This document shows positions 60,501 to 64,000 of a stretch of DNA of 64,000 bases, in pieces (the stretch's first letter is position 1; every line of letters begins with the position of its first letter). The stretch comes from Verrucomicrobiota bacterium (GTDB lineage: Bacteria; Verrucomicrobiota; Kiritimatiellia; JAHIZV01). A program made the translations under genes and the position numbers. The DNA lies in the NCBI GenBank assembly GCA_018814445.1, contig JAHIZV010000237.1:49729-113728 (forward strand). Reading direction: 5' to 3'. Under the pieces are notes generated by a model. That model ran no database searches. It saw only the letters and a list, made by a program, of their open reading frames with translations, and was not told where the DNA came from.

Positions 60501-63292
60501 GTGGCCTTCGGGCTGCCGACGTCCGTGCCGAGATTGGAATCGTTACCGGGAGCAGTCGTATAGACATCGCCGTTGGTGGAGGAGTCGTTCACGTAATAAA
60601 CGAACGGCCCGTTTTTGAAGAAGAATGTCGCGTCAGTCGCATCGTACACGTTCGTGTTCGATTCAAGCACCACCCTGTACTTGGCATTGGTCGATGAGAA
60701 GAAGTTCGTGTTCGCCCAAGTGTATGTACCTACGGACGCCAGAATATTCGTTTGAACAATCTTCCATGTCTGTCCGTTGTCACGCGTCAGTTCGATGCGG
60801 ACGGTTGATCCGGTAGCGATTTCGCCTGCATTCCAATACACCGCATCGCCCGGCACACTGAGCGTGCCCCGGTCATTATAGGTGAGAGCCAGGAGCCACG
60901 CATTTGTTCGGCTCTTACTCGCCTCGCTGGTACCGCCGAACGCCGACGCATTCAGCCGACTGCCGTTGGGCGAAGGCTCATTTGTATAGGCCGTCGAAGC
61001 GGAACTGCCGAAATCTATCAAAGGCGAGTAGTTTGTGTCGGTCGTTACGAACGCACCTGTCGCAGGATTAAAACGGCCGGAGGGACTGAGAACGTGAAAA
61101 TCAAGCGTCGCGGGGCTCTTGTAATGTGGATTGATCACACTGCTGCGCCACCACCCCCCCTGGCTCTTCTGAAACTCCGCAAAATCGCTGAATCCGGACT
61201 TAACCACCGTTTTCCAGAAGAGACTGTGATCGCCCTTCGGGGTCGTGGATCCGCTGAAAGCCGTGCCGCCCGCCACCACGCTGTTACTGACAGAAAGGGG
61301 GTTACTGCCACCGGTCACGTCAAAGGCAATCGTGTTGCTCCAACTGACGCCATTCTCCCAGGTCCAGCCGTCGTTGCTGATGGAACGCAGGCCGCGCGTG
61401 TTGTTAATCGTAAAACATCCTCTGAAACTGATGTCGTCAGATGCTGAATCCGCCTCGAAACCCGAGGTGTTCTTATACGCGAGAAACCGTTCGAACTCGC
61501 AGTAGGCGCTATCCGTGATCTCCACGGCATATCGGCCGTCCGCCGCCGTGATGTGCTCCAAGCGAACATAGTCGGCGTCATTGATGTTGAATACATTGAT
61601 ACCCGTATTGCCCGTGCGGAATACGGTTCCCGTCAGGGAACTGTTTGTACTACCCCGAATGGTCATGGGGTTGCCGGGCTCACCACGATCCGCAAACGTG
61701 ATCGTGACGGGACTCGGCAGGGTGAAGCGTGCCGTATCGACCAGAATTTCGTCACCGCCGCCAAGGTCGTAGTTATCGAGGACCGTCTGTACGCTATTCA
61801 GCGGATTGGACGAACTGAGACCGTCATTTGCCGGACTGCCAACTGCTGAGGTATACACGTCACCAAGAGTACTGCCATCATTTACATATACGGAGAAGCC
61901 ATGGCCCGGGCTGCGCAGTGTGAAGATAGAGTCACACGCGTCGGCAATATTCGTATCTGCCTCATGCACCACACGCCACTTGGCTTCCAGACTGGAAACA
62001 AGACCCGTCGTGACAATAGTATAGTAATCGCTGGTCACCGGCACACCCGAGGCAAGAGTCGCCCACTGACTGCCGGCGTCCTTTGAGTACTCAATGCGAA
62101 CGGTCGATCCGTTGGTGAAGTTATTGTTGGCCCAGTACACGCGGCCGGTGCCGTTCAAAGTGCCGCCGTCGTTGTAAGTGAGAGCAAGCAGCCACGCGTT
62201 GGTCCGGCCTTTGCTGGCCTGCGGAGTATTGCCGTAACGCCCGATGTTGAGTCGATTCGTCTGCGGCTCATTGACGGCGCTTGCTGACCGAGCTCCGAGG
62301 TCGATGAGCAGAGAGGTTACCGTGTCGGTGGCAAACGTTCCCGAAACCGGATTATAACGGCCATACTGACTTTTTAGATGAAAGTCCGCGTTTGTTAGGT
62401 TTCCGGGATTGTAGAAATTCGGTTGAATGCTGGAACTGTGCCGAAATTCGCCCGTCTGTTTCTGCAATTCACTCAGGAAGGCATACGGACCTCCAGAACC
62501 TGAGCTCATGATCGTCGTCTTCCAGAAAATATTGTAATCGCCCGAGGGCTGTGCGGTGCCGGAAAAGGCAGTGCCTCCCATAATAACGGTATTGCTGACG
62601 GGCGTCGCGAGAGCGAACTGGAATGCCGTCACGTTACTCCAGCAGACGGAGCTCTGCAGGCTCCCGCCCACCCGATCATTGCGGAATCCCAGGGTGTTCC
62701 GAGAGAACACGGACCTCGCAACCGTATTGTAGCCGCCGGCTATGATTTCCATTCCGCTCGTATTCGATCGCAGAGTCAGCCGTTGAAATGCGTTGGACTG
62801 GCTCTGTATCAGTACGCCGACCCGAGACTGCGAGATGGTCAGATCCTCCAGGTTGATATGGTTCGCACCTGTCTCGAGTCGGATCGCATCGGCGGCAATA
62901 CTGTTCCGGCGAATGATGCTTCCCCCAGCTAAAAGATTCGTACTCCCCCGCAACGTTACCGGATTGCCACCAGCCCCTTTGTCAGGGGAGGTTATCGAGA
63001 TTGTGTAGTTAGAGTAGATCCCCGTATCGATATAGACCACATCGCCCGGCTCAAGGTCATAGGACGCAAGAATATTGGTCACGGTGCGCATCGGGGTGAG
63101 AGAATTGGTTCCCCGGCCGGGAATATCCAGACCGCCCGCCGCCGTATAGACATCGCCGTTCGTGCTGGAGTCGTTTACGAAGTAATTGGCCCCCTCGACC
63201 GGCAGAACTGCCGGGAGAAACGCGGCGATGAGTGCTATCAGAATGTAGTCTCTAAGTCTCATAACTCCACAAAAAACAACCATGCCGAGCAT
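45566..63292 (-). CDS. Giant (5908 aa) secreted protein of 13 tandem right-handed β-helix-type modules, each followed by a β-sandwich segment; C-terminal FN3-like domain
   Basis: Single uninterrupted 17.7-kb ORF. N-terminal signal sequence (MRLRDYILIALIAAFLPAVLPVEGA). 13 recurrences of the module start Y[YF]VNDSSTNGDVYTxAxG...P...T...A...YDLxxGDxIYVDTGxY, each followed by Asn-ladder β-helix-like segments (NVRVDRNVIWRNGAAGIRANSGSVGVSNS). Module ends carry GDFHLKS...NIGxYGNTxEASKSxTN...WRVVSxSDTN. C-terminus ...RLYRIVWEYYEAGSF. Confidence 0.8.
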   Translation of the reverse strand: MLGMVVFCGVMRLRDYILIALIAAFLPAVLPVEGANYFVNDSSTNGDVYTAAGGLDIPGRGTNSLTPMRTVTNILASYDLEPGDVVYIDTGIYSNYTISITSPDKGAGGNPVTLRGSTNLLAGGSIIRRNSIAADAIRLETGANHINLEDLTISQSRVGVLIQSQSNAFQRLTLRSNTSGMEIIAGGYNTVARSVFSRNTLGFRNDRVGGSLQSSVCWSNVTAFQFALATPVSNTVIMGGTAFSGTAQPSGDYNIFWKTTIMSSGSGGPYAFLSELQKQTGEFRHSSSIQPNFYNPGNLTNADFHLKSQYGRYNPVSGTFATDTVTSLLIDLGARSASAVNEPQTNRLNIGRYGNTPQASKGRTNAWLLALTYNDGGTLNGTGRVYWANNNFTNGSTVRIEYSKDAGSQWATLASGVPVTSDYYTIVTTGLVSSLEAKWRVVHEADTNIADACDSIFTLRSPGHGFSVYVNDGSTLGDVYTSAVGSPANDGLSSSNPLNSVQTVLDNYDLGGGDEILVDTARFTLPSPVTITFADRGEPGNPMTIRGSTNSSLTGTVFRTGNTGINVFNINDADYVRLEHITAADGRYAVEITDSAYCEFERFLAYKNTSGFEADSASDDISFRGCFTINNTRGLRSISNDGWTWENGVSWSNTIAFDVTGGSNPLSVSNSVVAGGTAFSGSTTPKGDHSLFWKTVVKSGFSDFAEFQKSQGGWWRSSVINPHYKSPATLDFHVLSPSGRFNPATGAFVTTDTNYSPLIDFGSSASTAYTNEPSPNGSRLNASAFGGTSEASKSRTNAWLLALTYNDRGTLSVPGDAVYWNAGEIATGSTVRIELTRDNGQTWKIVQTNILASVGTYTWANTNFFSSTNAKYRVVLESNTNVYDATDATFFFKNGPFVYYVNDSSTNGDVYTTAPGNDSNLGTDVGSPKATIKAILDAYDLEGEDLIYVDTGTFNLTANTVIDSTDAGNSNNHVRIIGSTNRAAGGTVLNRTSGVGGAYAIDISGANYVRVSNIRATGGAGGIRVYNANKVELKEVEAFSNNGIGFDIQNSSDVLLHRCITQLSKTNGVWVRSSSNVRVDRNVIWRNGAAGIRANSGSVGVSNSIVVASGHKARCYQAGTLTNIVGNYNDLYAESNAAVGYIVSQQRNQDTLAAWISRTGSDKRSLSVNPRFAAPLTGDFHLKTVTPMGRYVWGQGYVTNDAVTSLLIDSGNPSASFSSEPSFNGGRVNIGLYGNTDQASKGVTNAWLHAASPRSGGWVAGTAAFHWVAANIDTGITVTVDVSVDGGNTWFELNNGVDAADETVAWNTLSVSNTPAALWRATSDSDTNIFDRTPGFFAVRNGNLSIYIDDASGVGDQYTTGNGSPTNWVATSAKPLNSLATALAAYDLEPNDKVYVDAGVYTNGSNIVVTLLDSGATNARVRIFGTTNLNSGASVLDRGNTSAGAYVFEFDTPTLVSVSNLVLRNANVGMRFARANQINIDNIRTMNNASHGVDLNTSTNMSLSRVLSWKNAGYGIRAAGSDRIRINRSVIWSNTSGGLYANAGSIGLSNSVVLVNGTERYAYDLGGSVDYSANYNNILAKNFAEIAKFGSDRYANMYTWTKEKGQDVQSLTHEPLFPNLTTGDFHPMSAAGRFVPGSSVRTNDLVTSPMIDVGNPADSYARELSPNGRRANIGLYANHSEASLSRTNGWLLALTLNDGGTFRGSNYFYWVAGGTATNDSFSFQLSVDAGQSWTNISTNIPKGVRSYLFDSTPFASVPEAKWRIVSNTDTNTFGISPVLSNVTFIINNEPLTYFVNDSSTNGDVYTKAPGSILNSGVTSNKPLATIQQVFDRYSIRAGEVILVDSGTYILSDDLAIASDLVGVATNPIVIQGANSPLGRATVLDGGSGKRGITVRNTSSIRIKHLTIENTTTGLLFYGTADCGAEWVNVKDGVVGYRVHAATNTMFDHCSASEASKAGLSIFTTNNTSAFWDSGVLWSNLYGVYLNGGKLTFSNSVIGAFGTGRYAHYINSGNVYGDYNDYHLKNSAYVAYRAPTGVIEPSVSLWARSSGNDLHTLSHNPKLTLGSAVDFHPKSQGGRYTTAGTVFDTETSVLLDAGAIEASFSNEPPNNAGRRNIGQYGGSAEASITPTNGWFVAVSFNDGGRTEGTNVPLYWIAGGASIADTVAIRFSTDAVASFLTVATNIPATNGVYYWNSTNYPSTARGMWRVASEQSSVFDDTDISFALRNEPLSFYVNDGSTNGDVFCSAAGSGAFAGVSPSEPALSVRTVFNNYDLEPGDNVFIDTGKFPESGVIEIGTFDTGSATNRILVQGSTNAGAGGSVIQSYGFHLDTVQGYEFRNITVSNASTAFELEEAHFVTVDAVQAVDCVRGFEVKKSHNVDFSRSSAIDCSSWGFYHGGNSTNVTWTHGVLWNNAYGVWEQSNPDGEGDLSVENTLIFASGSGRYAYYFASGNLVSDYNNIFLTNGAYAGSSNASPDQVFQTVSRWVRDFHQDKHSLSHDPRFADSSSGDFHPASVEGRYDPSTGVYTNDLLTSVLIDSGNPASAFTNEPLPNGSRVNIGMFGNTTEASLSPTNEADSFLIAVSLNDGGRTEGVQDICWRAIGSVTGDTVSLEYSADGGVSWTSIVTGVDADLGCYSWGTTQFQSSALGMWRVVSDSDTNLYDATDRTFALRNEPLLFYVNDSVTTNGDVYATALGHATNTGVTASSPMASLINLLTRYDLEEGDTVYVDTGTYTLNQAVTIDQFDDGTPAEPITIQGSTNTASSGTVFNQLSSVSHGFYLNGIDGVNIRNVTVVGGKNGVSLNLADNVLLEWVTANSSENGFYMQQSDGCVMRHCVARSASDAGLSITTSDAIWENGVIWFNAIGVEMGNADLFMSNSVIGVSGAGDYAYVINSSQADLSSDYNCVFLTNGAYAGLYTPGSPDTIYQTLSRWVRDYGEDAHSYGGDPRFTSAPAGDFHLKSKGGRYVPATKSYTNDTVNSPLLDGGRPGSAYSAEPPPNGAWLNVGLYGNSGEASLTTTNEANSGLTAVSLNDGGRVEGTNLIYWWVSGPVTGHNVSIEYSPDFGLNWTTVVASIAATNRQLLWDTTLVESSIFGRWKVGSTTDTNIFDMTEKPFAVRNDPLSFYVNDSISQAGDVYTEALGNSTNHGFSTDQPKLSIQAIIDTYDLEPGDTIYVDTGNYLLSQEILIDEFDGGTPSERVTIQGSTNDVSKTVLVRFGSGYGVHLDEADGIGFRDLVIRSAEAGIWVYKSDDCLAEWVMCDGGEIGIWIDRSSRFTMNHCIAFENSDAGFFADQSYGVTWDHGVMWKNTHGAKQESGTLGFGNSIIVADGSDQFAYLHVSGTMTADYNNIYLENGAQAGAVLGGFAGSGTTRYATVSAWVSELGYDEHSLAVDPQFTDGENADFHISSPAGRYDISSSVFITNSLESPSRLLDAGNPASSYAQEPLFNGGRLNIGLFGNTDQASKTPTNAWIQPITFDTGGFGEDQITLRWTAGGDATGHTVTIDFSGDAGMTWSNLTSGVSASFGEYLWDSTGYSSTPVGLWRISSEDQAGLTETNGAFFGLRNGGLIKYYVNDGASAGDVFTLGLGDDDNLGYTPLAPKESLQAILNAYDLQPGDIVYVDTGEYDVDTDITIDDLDSGSTNNPVIIQGSTNISTTGTVFDRQLGTGSVSAIHLYRVADVELRDLKLKNGGDGLKMTRSRARGVNVKSHNNGANGFLLDQFSVGTFDRCFSYDNGLNGVSTEGALNWNQGVVWNNKNAASIEQGLGTFRHSVLQASGSGSRIYDMGIGGSVTSDYNNLVRTNGAIVAEKEKFTGGNDLYETLIFWSDGTGQDENSLSHKPLFANTVSGDFHPKSVTGRRSGTNIVQDAQHSPLIDTGDPSAVYTNEPAPRGTRINLGGYGNTYEASMSKTNPWVLAISVNDGGFVKGVVRLTWAAGGIATDDTVRLEYSLNNGVEWTIFRTNQLASLGEQTWNVSSQPAVSAAKWRVVLEDYTNTWDAVDDSFSIRNNPITIYINDSDTNCDVFATAPGDPGNSGLDPSSPLDSPVTAFQNFSIREGDTIYIDTGTYMISNDWVIGALSRGSSNFPIMIHGSTNNSAGCGGTVIHRAGTNLTRYGLQVTETRFIEMDHIRFTGASIGVAMSGTEGCQLSWIESYGNSSNGFSFGLNQGLVFEHCASWDNNGYGVSHSQPLAMNHCVIWSNRNGAVSVRAGLTVNNSILHAYQTGTYIYVYGQAGSVSGDYNLLHPDKVSKLANDTFKKIEYETLLDWQTDRSADYHSRLGDPLFVNPTNGDFHLRSTAGRYEPLTDSFTNDTISSWAIDAANFTSPYANEPSPNGFRANLGIYGGTSEASKSPTNKEFLAVSLDDGGSIGEAVTLYWLSRGFTPSDKVKVQFSTDGGLSWSEALATNTSVFSTGVTLDPCIVPSTPIGRWRVVSESDTNIIDVSGTDLFVRCGPFIFYVNDNSTNGDIYALSVGNCGNPGTSPAFPMCSISAVLDQYKLLAGDKILVDTGVYPLTNEVLVTSGDKGTAAGRVRMLGSTNLAAGGTVFQPSSNFSGSAMFNLNVTAYIELSDFVIDGGTNGVRLFQASYCVASNLSITGGNGSGIALSQASHNNFDYILVSGKKSGVGSITSTSNRFYSCVFWSNTADAVAANLGNIEVRHSVVHARAPESFCYTLNTNTTIKADYNDLYIQNGATYVYFNGVEYKGLPQWTKVSGQDTHSLTVNPGFYDAAGGDFHLVSEVGRFDPAVTNHVTGDTNTSFLIDTANPTFPYSREPAPNGSRRNIGLYGNTGEASMSRTNAWVYAITASGGGQLEGTFLLVWGSAAIPATNKVSLDYSYDNGITWTSIANNVAIGDREYAWISDTEETGNEKWPSSRLGRWRIVLNSDTNVEDMTDSRFSLRNRPFFYYLNDSSTNGDIYTTTTGSASNLGIFAFAPLDSMSDVLEQWLVAEGDTILVDAGYYNVGEKILHTVADQGLAGIPVVVQGSTGEVPSVFKNDAGSSDFWKLQGSYITVSDMYLDGGNLVGEANGTVLNNITVTNGTVKISGTGKTINNLMVNGGDLEIGATTNATIRGVHLKNGHIDLQSCLLIDIRNALVYGSDTVAVHVINSQNVGLRNATLKISGASQLIQRGLSSVTMKNSVVIADGTDKFCVLLAAGSLSSDYNNLIARNNAWIGNKNGIVNGNWEKLIYWQRESGLEEHSLSHEPLFASEAGGDFHPKSIEGRYSGGSFVVDAQHSPLIDAGDPDSVYTNELTPRGPRINIGAYGNTSEASKSLTNKWLLAVTINDGGVLKGTNTIWWRSGNLGGGDTLRLDYSPNNGLTWTSFAFGVLSSTNQYSWDTTLVTSSVFALWRVVLDSDTNIFDEVDNIFAVRNDIRKFYVNDGSTNNDVFATDIGSAFADGLTPATPMDSLQRVLDTYDMEGSDTVYIDTGVYTLPTATTFIWSDGGDDDYGDVMVRGSTNFAAGGAVLDRQNTSTGVGLKIFGSRVTFQDLALRNARAAVSLDYSENATLEGLLFVSNRVAVVASNSTTLAVRNGRFWNNWGRGVRVFSGSDFTIENNTFAGRPEYHVYNGSVNGVIQNNIFQFNHSTGSVAAVGGTPFNVFIDYNVYDLQTNAFIFKDGSSYKQLLPWQLAVGHDYRSALTNAGIADATGGDFHLKSRGGRYVDGVGWVTSDTSDAWALDKGNPDSDYADEPETNANRVNMGAYGNTIYASKSNTNVIQYVRTWNNSVKISETNSTWPLIWSAVNIPTNLKVRIQYSGDDGDSWIDLDTAVDVYQEYIIWQPTPSHNSYKAWWRFIGETNGVVYVDTNDNRAALFFGEFAISEIKKASGLRQIKWRGAWDEIYQVQYSENSTTWSNAMDGPGVNQDANFLSDIGGDFFYQDVESTNRERRLYRIVWEYYEAGSF

Positions 63293-63516
63293 TAACCGCT
63301 TCAGCCTGCACCTAAACTACACCTTCGAGGAAGCTGCCTGCGACCCCTCTACGTCTAATCTGTCAATAGTTAGCATACAACATTTGAGAATATCCGTTAA
63401 CATTGCAAATGAAAACATACCTGTTTTCGGGGGCTTTTCCATGGGTCCGGCAACTGTCGGCAGGTCTCGATCTTGCATTGCCAAACGGAAGTTTCACGGG
63501 TACAAATCTGAGTCCG

Positions 63517-64000
63517 ATGCGGGAAACTACCATTTCAGTGCTGCAAAAGCGTTTCGGAGAGATCCTGCGGGGGCTTTTTCTCGTGCTTTCCGTGGCGGCA
63601 CTGGCAACTTCTGTTGTGTGGAAATTCGCCCCGCAGGCGATCGAATGCGTTGATCGGGCCGTCGTCCTCCGCCATCTCGATCGTTTTGAGAAACGTCTGC
63701 TGGCAGCGCGTCAACTGGTGGAATCCGATGAAAAGGCGGCCGCGGCCGCCTACGAGGCGATACTTCTGGATCTTAAGGAAATCAAGAAAGGCGACCGGCT
63801 CGGAAGGAAGAAACGGGAGGCGCTGAACGAACTCTCTCTTGTCCTGTCGACAGCAGGCAAAACAGACCGGGCTCTTTCCGTCTGTGAAGAATGGGTGGAA
63901 TTCGATGATCGGGACTTGATCCCGAAAATCCACAAAGCCGACCTCTTGCTTCGAGGACAGAACACGAGAGTCGAGGGCGAAGAGTACCTGATGTCCCTCG
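63517..64000 (+). CDS. Hypothetical membrane-anchored protein with helical/TPR-like repeats (partial, continues beyond window)
   Basis: ATG at 63517. Frame open to the window end with coding-like GC3-rich codons. TM helix ILRGLFLVLSVAALATSVVW, followed by a helical Ala/Glu/Lys-rich sequence. Preferred over the antisense 132-aa ORF 63535..63933. Confidence 0.4.
   Translation, partial: MRETTISVLQKRFGEILRGLFLVLSVAALATSVVWKFAPQAIECVDRAVVLRHLDRFEKRLLAARQLVESDEKAAAAAYEAILLDLKEIKKGDRLGRKKREALNELSLVLSTAGKTDRALSVCEEWVEFDDRDLIPKIHKADLLLRGQNTRVEGEEYLMSL

Noticed and set aside
63535-63933. 132-aa minus-strand ORF upstream of the giant gene
   Set aside because: Its composition is implausible (Cys/Phe-rich, no motifs). 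It is fully overlapped by a plus-strand frame with a TM helix and coding-like codon usage.

Overview
This is a GC-rich bacterial chromosomal segment with three parts. Roughly 60% of the window encodes six very large secreted proteins (about 1,000 to 5,900 aa each).

(1) 1-20.8 kb: a minus-strand cluster of secreted proteins with start/stop overlaps throughout. It encodes a small β-sandwich protein, a 1704-aa Ig-like/β-propeller protein, and a roughly 3060-aa Gly-rich β-helix/Big_2 protein. It also encodes a 420-aa outer-membrane β-barrel, a 377-aa secreted protein and a Ca-binding repeat protein of at least 1000 aa. The Gly-rich protein is interrupted by one in-frame TGA that sits where a conserved Gly codon is expected. 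The cluster is punctuated by copies of an imperfect palindromic (AACATCG)n repeat. A 40-bp perfect palindrome lies in its divergent promoter region.

(2) 20.9-41.7 kb: a conserved housekeeping core. Genes in order: trmFO, rimO, a secreted endonuclease/exonuclease/phosphatase-family enzyme, rng, rodA-mrdA-mreD-mreC-mreB, a winged-helix protein, maf, then fabF-acpP-fabG-fabD-fabH-plsX-rpmF-yceD, coaD, rsmD.

(3) 41.9-63.3 kb: a 1196-aa lamin-tail-domain protein with Calx-β repeats, convergent with a single 5908-aa ORF of 13 tandem, roughly 450-aa right-handed β-helix modules. A partial TPR-like membrane-protein gene follows at the window end.

Four of the large secreted proteins end in a similar FN3-like C-terminal domain. 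No rRNA, tRNA, CRISPR array or transposase is apparent. Domain calls are made by eye from motifs and have not been searched against any database.
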